Part shown: positions 46,115-54,901 of the stretch, in pieces
Layout of the letters: each line of letters begins with the position of its first letter
How positions within the stretch are numbered: the stretch's first letter is position 1
NCBI GenBank assembly: GCA_900769535.1
Contig: CAAGHB010000110.1
Span: forward strand, 1 to 55,895
Direction of reading: 5' to 3'
DNA: 55,895 bases
Origin: Clostridia bacterium
GTDB lineage: Bacteria > Bacillota > Clostridia > Oscillospirales > Acutalibacteraceae
Program-made: the position numbers and the translations under genes
Notes under the pieces: model-generated
Databases searched by the model: none
Told to the model about the DNA's origin: nothing
Seen by the model: only the letters and a program-made list of their open reading frames with translations

Positions 46115-47773
46115 TTATTCTTTTGTACCTAAAATAAGCCAGTCGATAACTCTGTCGGTTGAGTTGCCGTCCTGATACTCGAAGTTCTTATTTTTAAACG
46201 GTTCGACCTTTTCCTGCTCAAAATCATTCATTTCAATGGCTGTCATAAGCTCACCGAAGGTTTTTACAATTTTTCCGGGAACAAATTCAGCGAATGGCTC
46301 ATAAAAGTCACGTGACGCAACATATCCGTCAAGGTCAAATGCATAGAAAAGCATAGGAATATTTAAGCTTGATGCCTCGTAAACGACAGATGAATAGTCG
46401 GTTATCAGTAGGTCGGCTATAAAGAGAATATCGTTAATTTCTCTGTATTCAGATGCATCAATTAAAACGTCCGAAAATTCGTTGGGAATAAAAATCGGCG
46501 TCTTAACGAATGGATGCATTTTAAAAATTGCTATGCTGTCGTTTTCTTTACAGTAATTACCGAGCGCCTGCATATTGATTTTTCCATAAGGATAATGTGC
46601 GCTTTTAGCTCCGTTTCCTCTGAATGTAGGAGCAAAGAGAATAACTCTTTTATCTTTTGCCTGGGGGAATGCCTCGTACATTCTTTCCCTGACGTTCGCC
46701 TTATATTCGTCATCAAAAAATATGTCGGTACGGGGCACACCGGTCGGATAAACCTTGCTTTCGTCAATGCCAAACGCCTCTGCGTAAAATTTTGATACGT
46801 GGGTCGAGCTTGCGATAGCATGAGTATAAAGCTTGTGCGCCTTTGATTTAATAACGGGTCCTCCGGGTTTTCCTAATCGGCTGAAACCTACCGTTTTAAA
46901 TGCTCCGCAAGCGTGCCAAACCTGAATGATTTTAACACCCTTTTTATATTTAACAAGCTGAACGGTGGGATTAAAATCATCGATGAGAATTATATCAGCG
47001 CGTCCAAGTAAATAGGGCATTTTAAATTTATCAATAAAAGAGCGTCTTGTTTTTAAGCTCTCTTTAAACATCATGTGAATTTTATACTGCTTATCGAGCC
47101 CTCTTTCACACATTCTGTCATATATAAGTCCTAAATTTCCGCCGATTTCTGCACGTGAGTCGGAAGTGAATAGGATATTATTATTTGAATGGGGGAGTAT
47201 GCTCGACATCTTGTATATTATTTTAAACCATGATTTATTAAACCAGTAAACAATCGGTTTAAACAGTTTTATGAAATTCTTTATGAATTTAATTACCGGG
47301 TTTTTCTTGTTTGGGTGCTGATAAAATACATTGAGGGTCATCCCTCCCTTTTCATTAAGGGTAGGATTTACCTCGTAATAATGCTTTGCGCTTTTTGAGA
47401 ATTTTTTATGAAATCTTTGTATCTTAATCGATTTATCGTGACAGTAAACGTATTCATCTTCTATTCCGTTGTCGCAAAACAGCTCGTCCGAAATCTTCGG
47501 CATATATGTTACTCCGGTCACATTATCTTGTGCCGTCAGCGTCCATTCGCCGTCGCTGAGATAGGTGCAGTCGGTGTTTACCGTGCTTACGTTTACTCGT
47601 AAAAGATAGAATCCGTCGACAATTTGCATTGATTTAAGCGGTAAAGATACGTCCCCGCTTGTAAGAGTGAATGAAACGGCGGTTTCATCGATGTTTTTAA
47701 TTCTTCCTGCTATATTGAGAATAACGCGTTCCCATTTTATGCTATCAATTGTAATACCGGGTGTATAGTCCAT
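46115..47773 (-). CDS. TagF-family CDP-polyol phosphotransferase (TarK/TarL-like), paralog 1, with a longer N-terminal domain
   Basis: QVWHACGAFKTVGFSR, LFAPTFRGNG and ITDYSSVVYEA motifs; clearly paralogous to the downstream gene. Confidence 0.88.
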   Translation of the reverse strand: MDYTPGITIDSIKWERVILNIAGRIKNIDETAVSFTLTSGDVSLPLKSMQIVDGFYLLRVNVSTVNTDCTYLSDGEWTLTAQDNVTGVTYMPKISDELFCDNGIEDEYVYCHDKSIKIQRFHKKFSKSAKHYYEVNPTLNEKGGMTLNVFYQHPNKKNPVIKFIKNFIKLFKPIVYWFNKSWFKIIYKMSSILPHSNNNILFTSDSRAEIGGNLGLIYDRMCERGLDKQYKIHMMFKESLKTRRSFIDKFKMPYLLGRADIILIDDFNPTVQLVKYKKGVKIIQVWHACGAFKTVGFSRLGKPGGPVIKSKAHKLYTHAIASSTHVSKFYAEAFGIDESKVYPTGVPRTDIFFDDEYKANVRERMYEAFPQAKDKRVILFAPTFRGNGAKSAHYPYGKINMQALGNYCKENDSIAIFKMHPFVKTPIFIPNEFSDVLIDASEYREINDILFIADLLITDYSSVVYEASSLNIPMLFYAFDLDGYVASRDFYEPFAEFVPGKIVKTFGELMTAIEMNDFEQEKVEPFKNKNFEYQDGNSTDRVIDWLILGTKE

Positions 47774-47786
47774 TTTTATAAGTCCT

Positions 47787-48983
47787 TTATTTGTTGGTGA
47801 ATTTGTATGATACAGAAATTATGCCGCTGCCGACATAATTAGTTTGCAAAATTGTGAAATTTCGCTTGTTCGAAAAGCCGACAAAAAACGTTGATTCATT
47901 GTCCCACAGTTCACCCGAAAGCAAATATGTGCCTTCGAGAAGGGGAGGCGAATCGATTTTAATTTCGAGCGAATGGTCTCCAATCTCTCCGTTTATGAGA
48001 TTGTCCTCGTTCCTTTTGTCGCTCATAAAAATCAGGTTTTCTTCGGCGTCTCTAACGGTAAAACCAAAATTAAGCTTTTCAATTTGTCTCTTAACTTCAT
48101 AGTCAAAACGGATTGTAATATCGTCACCGCGTTTGAATTCGGTTGTTTTCTCACCGTTTTTGTTAAGCATTGTAAAGTTTTTGACCTGCAAAATATCCTT
48201 TTTCTCGGTAGGATAATTTTTTTCTCCGGTAATTTGTGATGTTGCAATACGCGCCTTTTCTTTTTTCAAAAAGTCCTCGTATTGAAGTACAACCGAGCCC
48301 AAATCGCCGTAAGCCATCATATTTCCTTCGTTAATCCAAAGTCCCATGGTGCAGAATGCCTTTACTGTAAAGAGGGAATGGCTGACGAATAAAATGGTTT
48401 TGCCCTGCTTTCGAAATTGCTTCATTTTTTCAATGCATTTGAGCTTGAAAATATCGTCACCAACGGCGAGAACTTCGTCAACTACGAGAATATCTGGGTC
48501 GACGTTTACCGAAACTGCGAATCCGAGACGTGATTTCATTCCGCTTGAATAGGTGCGCACAGGTCGGTCGATATAATCGCCTATATCGGCAAAATCGGTT
48601 ATATCCTTAATCTTTTTTTCAATCTCTGATTTAGAAATTCCCATCGAAATTGCTTTAAGATAAATATTTTCCATACCGGTAAGCTCGGGGTCAAATCCGC
48701 TTGTAAGTTCAAGCATGGCCGATATTTTTCCGTTTGTTTCAATTTCTCCCGATGTCTGCTTTGCTACCCCGGTAATAATTTTGAGCAGGGTTGATTTTCC
48801 CGAGCCGTTTTTACCAAGGATTCCAATAACCTCGCCCTTTGGAATATCAACCGTAATGTCTTTAAGTGCGGTAAATTCCTTGTAGCTTTTTCTATGAAAA
48901 ACAGTATCGAAAATTCTTTTCAGCGGAGACGAATATATTTTATATTGCTTTGTAAGATTCTTAATTCTAATTGCATATTCCAT
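47787..48983 (-). CDS. tagH: Polysaccharide/teichoic-acid ABC exporter ATPase (TagH/Wzt-like) with a roughly 150-aa C-terminal extra domain
   Basis: Walker A GKNGSGKST, signature YSSGMKSRL, Walker B ILVVDE. Residues from about 250 to 398 form a beta-rich extension. Confidence 0.9.
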   Translation of the reverse strand: MEYAIRIKNLTKQYKIYSSPLKRIFDTVFHRKSYKEFTALKDITVDIPKGEVIGILGKNGSGKSTLLKIITGVAKQTSGEIETNGKISAMLELTSGFDPELTGMENIYLKAISMGISKSEIEKKIKDITDFADIGDYIDRPVRTYSSGMKSRLGFAVSVNVDPDILVVDEVLAVGDDIFKLKCIEKMKQFRKQGKTILFVSHSLFTVKAFCTMGLWINEGNMMAYGDLGSVVLQYEDFLKKEKARIATSQITGEKNYPTEKKDILQVKNFTMLNKNGEKTTEFKRGDDITIRFDYEVKRQIEKLNFGFTVRDAEENLIFMSDKRNEDNLINGEIGDHSLEIKIDSPPLLEGTYLLSGELWDNESTFFVGFSNKRNFTILQTNYVGSGIISVSYKFTNK

Positions 48984-48999
48984 ATATTATCCTCCTTTT

Positions 49000-49830
49000 T
49001 TACAGAATATCGGCAAAATCGCGTTCCAGCTTTTTAAATAAATAGCTGCCGACAAGAGCAATTATTACAACTTCGCCCCAAAAGCACGCGGTGCCGATAA
49101 TATCGTTGAAAAACCAGGAGTATGTTATTCCGAAATTGCCTAAAAATGCCGAGCGGTATACCTCGATAATATACGATACGGGGTTAAGCCGTACGATAGT
49201 ATATACTATGGGATAATCCTTTACCTTTTCGATGTTCCAAAGGATAGGCGACAGCCAAAACAGTACCTGTGTCAATGATTTTATCATGTGTTCAAAATCT
49301 CGGCTGACAACGACAAGCGCCGAGAAAATAAGTGATACCGCCCACATAAGAACAAATAAACAAATCCATGCGTAAAAAATTTGGACGAAGTTGAACGATA
49401 AATATCCTGTAATTGCGAAAATAACAGCTGCAACTGCCGTCAGTATCATGTGAACGAGAAACTGGTGCATCTCCTCAAAAACGGGTATGGTAGAAATGGG
49501 GAACACCGTTTTTGTAACGAGGTGCTTGTTACGTCTTATTGACGTACCGCAACGAAACCATGATTCAGAAATAAAGAACCAAGGCAAAATTCCCGCAATG
49601 AGACTGAATATATAAGGAACGTTGCCCGAGCCGCCGCCTTTAATTCCTATTGTAATACCAAACCAATATACGAGTACAAAAAGGACGGGTTTGACAAAGG
49701 CCCAAACCATACCAAAGGTCGAACCTGAATATGTCTTTTTAAGCTCGATTGCAGACATGCTGATACTCTGTCTGAAATTTTTTATATTGGTTGAAATAAT
49801 GTCATACAGCGCTTTAAAGGCAAATATCAT
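49000..49830 (-). CDS. tagG: ABC-2 type polysaccharide/teichoic-acid exporter permease (TagG/Wzm-like)
   Basis: 276 aa with about 6 TM segments, immediately upstream of the ATPase gene; SD GAGGAA. Confidence 0.88.
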   Translation of the reverse strand: MIFAFKALYDIISTNIKNFRQSISMSAIELKKTYSGSTFGMVWAFVKPVLFVLVYWFGITIGIKGGGSGNVPYIFSLIAGILPWFFISESWFRCGTSIRRNKHLVTKTVFPISTIPVFEEMHQFLVHMILTAVAAVIFAITGYLSFNFVQIFYAWICLFVLMWAVSLIFSALVVVSRDFEHMIKSLTQVLFWLSPILWNIEKVKDYPIVYTIVRLNPVSYIIEVYRSAFLGNFGITYSWFFNDIIGTACFWGEVVIIALVGSYLFKKLERDFADIL

Positions 49831-49842
49831 TATATTTCCTCA

Positions 49843-50859
49843 CTAAATATTCCATTTTAATATGGTTTTGAATGGGTTTGTCAAATCACGGTCAAACGAC
49901 CTGTAAATATCGTCTATGCAGTTGATTTCTACCGTTTCGGATATGATTCTTTCGATTCGGTTTTGAACCTTTTTGTCCCTTAAAAAGTCCATTGTGTTTT
50001 CAAAATCAGTTCTGCCCGAACGGCTGCAACCGACGAGGGTGAGCCCTCTTTCGAGTACCATTCTTGTAGCAATCGGTACCTCTTCCTCGGTAACACCCAT
50101 AAGCATAAGGGTACCTTGCGGATTTATTGTGTCAATAATCTGCTTTATGGCATAATAGCTGCCGCCGCCTCCGCAGCATTCAAATGCGTGGTCGACCTTA
50201 AAATCGTGGGGCAGCTTGTCGGCGAGATATGTTTCGCTGACGAACGAGAACATACTGAGCTTTGTCTCGTCCATGCCGATAACAGAAATTTTTGCATCAG
50301 GGAACTTGGATTTGAGTACGAGCGCCGTCAAATAGCCAAGTCCGCCGTCACCCCAGATTCCTATGCTTTTTACACCTGTCTGTACTGCGCGTTCAAATCG
50401 GTTTGCTGCGTGGAAGGGGATTGTTACAAATTCGCTCATTGCCGCAACCTGCGGTTTTATTCCTTCGCAGGAGACGAGTCTCTCGGCGGGTAGGTCAACG
50501 AATTCGCGCATAAATCCGTCAGCCCCGCTTGACGAAAAGACACTGTCGAGACGGTAATTTTCGTATTCACCGCAAATTTCTTTTCCCGGTGCGTTTGGGA
50601 TGAGTACAACCCTTTCGCCAACCTTGAATTTATTATTCGGGCAGTAAACTACACGTCCCATACACTCGTGAATGAGGGCCATGGGTAGTTTTTTTCTCAA
50701 AATTGCGGCGTCGCGCAAGCCGAAATAATATCGCTGGTCGGCGTGGCAAATAGACATATATTCGGGTCTAACTATGACCTTGTCTGTGTTTAGGTTGATG
50801 TTTGTGTATTTAACCGAAATAACCTTCGGCTTTATAAGTTGATAAATATAGCTAATCAA
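49843..50859 (-). CDS. tarJ: Ribulose-5-phosphate reductase (zinc-dependent MDR family, TarJ)
   Basis: The N-terminus YQLIKPK...V.Y......D.VIVRPEYMSICHADQRYY closely resembles TarJ as I recall it. It is paired with tarI. TTG start. Confidence 0.85.
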   Translation of the reverse strand: MISYIYQLIKPKVISVKYTNINLNTDKVIVRPEYMSICHADQRYYFGLRDAAILRKKLPMALIHECMGRVVYCPNNKFKVGERVVLIPNAPGKEICGEYENYRLDSVFSSSGADGFMREFVDLPAERLVSCEGIKPQVAAMSEFVTIPFHAANRFERAVQTGVKSIGIWGDGGLGYLTALVLKSKFPDAKISVIGMDETKLSMFSFVSETYLADKLPHDFKVDHAFECCGGGGSYYAIKQIIDTINPQGTLMLMGVTEEEVPIATRMVLERGLTLVGCSRSGRTDFENTMDFLRDKKVQNRIERIISETVEINCIDDIYRSFDRDLTNPFKTILKWNI

Positions 50860-50882
50860 AGCAAAATACTGCCTTTCTTATT

Positions 50883-51587
50883 TTATTTAATAACCAGCAT
50901 CGCCTTTGCAAGCTGATAGTCGCTGATTGTAGTAATTTTAAAGTTAAGGACCTCGCCGTTTACGAGGTGAACTGGATGATTTTTGAGTACGAGGATTTTA
51001 CAAGCGTCGGTGAGGGTTGCCTTTTCCTCGTCAGTAAGGGCATTGAAGCTGTCCATCAACAGTTTAATGTTAAAGCTCTGCGGTGTTTGTCCCTGATAGA
51101 GACGGCTTCTTTCGGGAATTTCCGAAATTGAGTTTCCGTCGTCCGAGCGAACAATCGTATCAGTTGCAGGAACAACCGTATCACAAGCGCCGAATTTGAG
51201 CGCAGCTTCAATATTGTCCTCAATAATTCTCTTTGTTACAAAAGGACGCACAGCGTCGTGAGTGACTATAATATCATCATCGTTGAGGCCGTTTGTTTCT
51301 TTTATCACGTCAATTACGTTGCAAAGAGTACCGTTTCTGTCGCTTCCTCCTGCACAAACGATGATTCTGTCATTCTTTCCGATGTGCTTTTCAATAAGGT
51401 CCTCACAGTATGATTTCCAATCGGGATTGATACCGATTATAACCTTTTCAAATCGGTCGCACATAAGCATTTTTTCAACTGTATGGATGATAATGGGCTT
51501 TCCGTCGAGTTCAAGAAATTGCTTCGGAACGTCGGTACTGGCTAGTCGTGTTCCTTTTCCGCCTGCTAAAACTGCTGCATAAATCAT
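50883..51587 (-). CDS. tarI: D-ribitol-5-phosphate cytidylyltransferase (IspD-fold, TarI)
   Basis: MIYAAVLAGGKGTRL....PKQFLEL.GKPII.HT.EK is the TarI/IspD N-terminal signature; 234 aa. Confidence 0.88.
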   Translation of the reverse strand: MIYAAVLAGGKGTRLASTDVPKQFLELDGKPIIIHTVEKMLMCDRFEKVIIGINPDWKSYCEDLIEKHIGKNDRIIVCAGGSDRNGTLCNVIDVIKETNGLNDDDIIVTHDAVRPFVTKRIIEDNIEAALKFGACDTVVPATDTIVRSDDGNSISEIPERSRLYQGQTPQSFNIKLLMDSFNALTDEEKATLTDACKILVLKNHPVHLVNGEVLNFKITTISDYQLAKAMLVIK

Positions 51588-51619
51588 AATTTAATCTACC
51601 TTTCGTATGGGGGTTAGCC

Positions 51620-52339
51620 CTAATTGTTTTCTAATCTATTGATAAGCTCGGCGGAGCACTTTTCTATATTGCTGATAAAGTCATCTCCGGCTGTTTTTTT
51701 GATTTTACTGAAATAATTATCGAATGTCGGGGGACGGAAATCGATTCCGTGAGCATCCGAGCCCACGTAGCAAATTTGACCCGATTTCAGCCATTTTTTT
51801 AGTTTCTTTACAGCCAATTTATCATTTACAAACTCGGCGTTAACCTGTGTTTTGTATCCGAGACTGAATAAAGACTCATACATTTCGTTTGATACAAAGT
51901 CAACGTATCTGTCGGCATGCGCTATAATCGGTTCGATGCCGGTAGTCTTACATAACTCGTCTAAAAGTCTGAACATCCAGCTTTGCCATTCATAATAGGG
52001 AAGCTCGATAAGCATTAGGTCGGTGTTTTCAATGCACAGCTTGTTTTTTTCTTCGGTTTCAATAAAATCCATCGTCAGAAGCACCTCGGCGCCGAGATGG
52101 ATTTTTGGAAGCTCTAATCCCTGGCTGTCGATAGCGCTTTTAAGTTTTTGATATGATTGATTTCGTTTCGATATGAAATCATCAATGCTCTTTTTACTAT
52201 CTGTCATCTTAAAATGAGGAGTTGCAATAATATGTGTAATTCCTTGTTCTTTTAAAACTTGGAGCATTTTTATTGATTCATCAACGCTTTTTGACCCGTC
52301 GTCAAGCTCGGGCAAAATGTGTGAGTGTGTATCTATCAC
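51620..52339 (-). CDS. cpsB: PHP-family protein-tyrosine phosphatase (CpsB/YwqE type)
   Basis: IDTHSHILPELDDG motif at the N-terminus, with later TPH and DAH histidines. The GTG at 52339 is preferred; the track start at 52381 lies inside the upstream terminator. Confidence 0.88.
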   Translation of the reverse strand: MIDTHSHILPELDDGSKSVDESIKMLQVLKEQGITHIIATPHFKMTDSKKSIDDFISKRNQSYQKLKSAIDSQGLELPKIHLGAEVLLTMDFIETEEKNKLCIENTDLMLIELPYYEWQSWMFRLLDELCKTTGIEPIIAHADRYVDFVSNEMYESLFSLGYKTQVNAEFVNDKLAVKKLKKWLKSGQICYVGSDAHGIDFRPPTFDNYFSKIKKTAGDDFISNIEKCSAELINRLENN

Positions 52340-52362
52340 TTTATTAAAGCGCACCTCCGATT

Positions 52363-52402
52363 GAAAAAATAAAAAAAGCATGAGTGATTAGCTCATGCTT
52401 TG
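52363..52402 (-). terminator. Rho-independent terminator between the BY-kinase gene and the phosphatase gene (minus strand)
   Basis: Minus strand reads AAGCATGAG-CTAATCA-CTCATGCTT followed by TTTTTTATTTTTT. Confidence 0.8.
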
Positions 52403-52482
52403 GAATTTAGTTGCTCGGTTAATTTATGTGCAAAGCAGAGCACATATTATCGCTGAATGATTATATACGCATTTTATAAATA

Positions 52483-53289
52483 TCAGTTATAATCACCGTA
52501 ATTATCGTAATAATCGTATCCGCTGTATCCTTTTTTGTAGTTGTAACGGTAACTGTAACGATATCTGTATCTGTAAGTTTTTCCGTTGCCCTTTGAGTCG
52601 TTGAGGATAAAGCCGAGTATTTTTGCATCAGCGAATTTGAGTGCTGAAATGGCCTTTTCAAGCTGTTCGTGAATACTGTAATATTCGCGAATGGTGATAA
52701 CTACGCCGTCAACCTTTTCGACAAGGGCGAGACAATCACTGACAACTGCAACAGGCGGTGTATCAATGATGATGTAATCATAATACTGCGAAAGGGTATT
52801 GAGCAGGTCGGTACACGGCTGAGCCAGGAGCAGCTCGGCAGGATTCGGTGGAGTAGGACCTGCTGTCATACAGTCAAATCCGTGCGGCGTTTTCTTAATA
52901 ACCTCGTTCAGCTGAGTATATCCGCTTAAAACGTTACTTAATCCAAGGGTGTTTTTGATTCCGATATATCTGTGGATAGAGGACTTACGCATATCCGAGT
53001 CGATAAGTAAAACCTTTGCATTAGTTTGTGCAAACGCAATAGCAAGGTTAACAGAGGTTGTTGTCTTACCCTCTGCGGCAACAGAACTTGTGATTAAAAA
53101 TATTCTGCAACCTGTTTTTGCTCCGATTGCAAAGTTAATGTTCGCACGAACCGCTTTGTATGCTTCCTTTATTGTGAAGGGAGACATTTCATTGAGAAGC
53201 AGTGGCTTACGGCGGCGTTTTTTAGGTGCCTTTGCCGGTACGTCGGGGTTCATTATGTTATCATAAGTGTTTTCATTCTTATTACTCAT
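52483..53289 (-). CDS. cpsD: BY-kinase catalytic subunit (CpsD/YwqD/CapB type) with a very long C-terminal tyrosine cluster
   Basis: Walker A SSVAAEGKTT, Walker A' LLIDSD, Walker B IIIDTPP. The C-terminus is TYRYRYRYSYRYNYKKGYSGYDYYDNYGDYN. Confidence 0.9.
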   Translation of the reverse strand: MSNKNENTYDNIMNPDVPAKAPKKRRRKPLLLNEMSPFTIKEAYKAVRANINFAIGAKTGCRIFLITSSVAAEGKTTTSVNLAIAFAQTNAKVLLIDSDMRKSSIHRYIGIKNTLGLSNVLSGYTQLNEVIKKTPHGFDCMTAGPTPPNPAELLLAQPCTDLLNTLSQYYDYIIIDTPPVAVVSDCLALVEKVDGVVITIREYYSIHEQLEKAISALKFADAKILGFILNDSKGNGKTYRYRYRYSYRYNYKKGYSGYDYYDNYGDYN

Positions 53290-54019
53290 AACCTTTGTCT
53301 GCTCCCTTCTTGTATCCGTATTGGCTGTAACTGCTCTTTTGGCTTAAATAGAAGTTCGGAATAATACCGAGGTTTGCAATTTCATACTTTTTCTCGATTT
53401 CGGCTGCTGTCTTAACTCTTGAGTCAAGAGATTCAATAAAATAGAGAATAACAATTGTGCCAAGAGATCCTAAAATAAATGCTGTCATCGTATATGATTT
53501 TACCGGTGTAGAGCTGGAACCGGCATATCTTACGGGTTCGAAAGGTTCAATTGAACAATATTCCTTTTGAATATATTTAGGTGCAAGGGCGGAATAGGTG
53601 TGTGCCAATCTTTCTACTATTGCGGCATTAGTTCCTGAAAAGTTAATGTTGATAATCGGTACATCTTCTTCATTTGAGAGACTAATCATACCTGTCATAT
53701 GTCCGGTATTTAATACGCCTTCATATCCTGCTTGCTTAATAACGTCGTTAAGAAGCTCAGAACCCTTCATTCGCGGCTTTATTGCGGTAAGCTGATTTTC
53801 TGCAAAGTCGGCTGCTGTTAAGGCACCGCTCGGCGAGAGTTCAACATTTTCCCATGCAACAACTACCTCGTACGACAAACTGTAATTGTAGGCGGTTACA
53901 GCCATTGATGAGGAGGCAAAGTATGTTATAACAGAAAAAACTAATCCGGTAATAATTGATACCGCAATATTTTTTCGAATAAATTGTAGTAAATCGGCAA
54001 GTGTAAGATCCTTATTCAA
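53282..54019 (-). CDS. cpsC: Wzz/CpsC-type chain-length determinant / BY-kinase transmembrane activator
   Basis: Two TM segments flank an extracellular domain. 8-nt overlap with the kinase gene. TTG start with SD GGAGGTG. Confidence 0.8.
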   Translation of the reverse strand: MNKDLTLADLLQFIRKNIAVSIITGLVFSVITYFASSSMAVTAYNYSLSYEVVVAWENVELSPSGALTAADFAENQLTAIKPRMKGSELLNDVIKQAGYEGVLNTGHMTGMISLSNEEDVPIININFSGTNAAIVERLAHTYSALAPKYIQKEYCSIEPFEPVRYAGSSSTPVKSYTMTAFILGSLGTIVILYFIESLDSRVKTAAEIEKKYEIANLGIIPNFYLSQKSSYSQYGYKKGADKGYE

Positions 54020-54112
54020 AATTACAGCACCTCCAAGTAATTAAATATATTATATAATACTATATATAAAAAATCAACAACAATATTGCATCGAAATAAC
54101 GCAACTATACGA

Positions 54113-54901
54113 TCAAGAGATACTAATTCGTTCGATTGAGAGACATTTTCCGTTCCTCGTATCGATTTTAAATATGCAACCGTCAAGATGACATTCGCCA
54201 TCGGCTATTGCGAATCGAACGGGAAGCTTGTCCTTCATTTTTTTAATACTGAGTTCGGGTTTTACGCCTAATACCGAGTTTTTCGGACCTACCATACCTA
54301 AGTCTGTAATAAATCCCGTTCCGCCGGGCAAAATTTGCTCATCGGCGGTTTGAACATGGGTATGTGTTCCGAATACGGCCGAAACCCTGCCGTCGAGGTA
54401 ATAGCCAATTGCCTTTTTTTCAGCGGTAGCTTCGGCGTGAATATCGGCAACGATTATTTTAATTCCGTCATTTCTAATTTCATCTATCATTTTATCTGCC
54501 GTTTTAAAAGGGCAGTCAAGCGGCTCGGAATAAACAACGCCCATGATGTTTATTACGCCGATTCGCGTAAATCCTAAATCAATAACGGCGTATCCTTTGC
54601 CGTATGTGCCTTCGGGAAAGTTAGCGGGACGAATTATATTTTCGCATTCGTCAAAAAGGGGATACATCTCAGGCCGTCTGAACGAATGATTGCCGCCTGT
54701 GATAATATCGGCACCGCTGTCAAAAATATGTTTAGCCGAAACAGGAGTAATGCCGTTACCGTCAGCCGAATTCTCTCCGTTGACTATAACAGCATCGATA
54801 CCTTTAATTTTTTTAACAGCTGATAGCTTTGACCGTAAAAATTCGCAGCCAATGCTACCGACAACATCACCAATACAAAGTATATTTATCTCGTTTTTCA
54901 T
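54113..54901 (-). CDS. ymdB: YmdB-family metallophosphoesterase (2',3'-cyclic-nucleotide phosphodiesterase-like)
   Basis: ILCIGDVVG, NGENSADGNGIT, GGNH and GTHTHV motifs. Confidence 0.9.
   Translation of the reverse strand: MKNEINILCIGDVVGSIGCEFLRSKLSAVKKIKGIDAVIVNGENSADGNGITPVSAKHIFDSGADIITGGNHSFRRPEMYPLFDECENIIRPANFPEGTYGKGYAVIDLGFTRIGVINIMGVVYSEPLDCPFKTADKMIDEIRNDGIKIIVADIHAEATAEKKAIGYYLDGRVSAVFGTHTHVQTADEQILPGGTGFITDLGMVGPKNSVLGVKPELSIKKMKDKLPVRFAIADGECHLDGCIFKIDTRNGKCLSIERISIS

Noticed and set aside
52461-52661. 66-aa track ORF overlapping the 3' end of the BY-kinase gene
   Set aside because: It is an alternative frame of the tyrosine-cluster repeat (it reads as a T/V/I repeat), has no SD, and is explained by the repetitive DNA.
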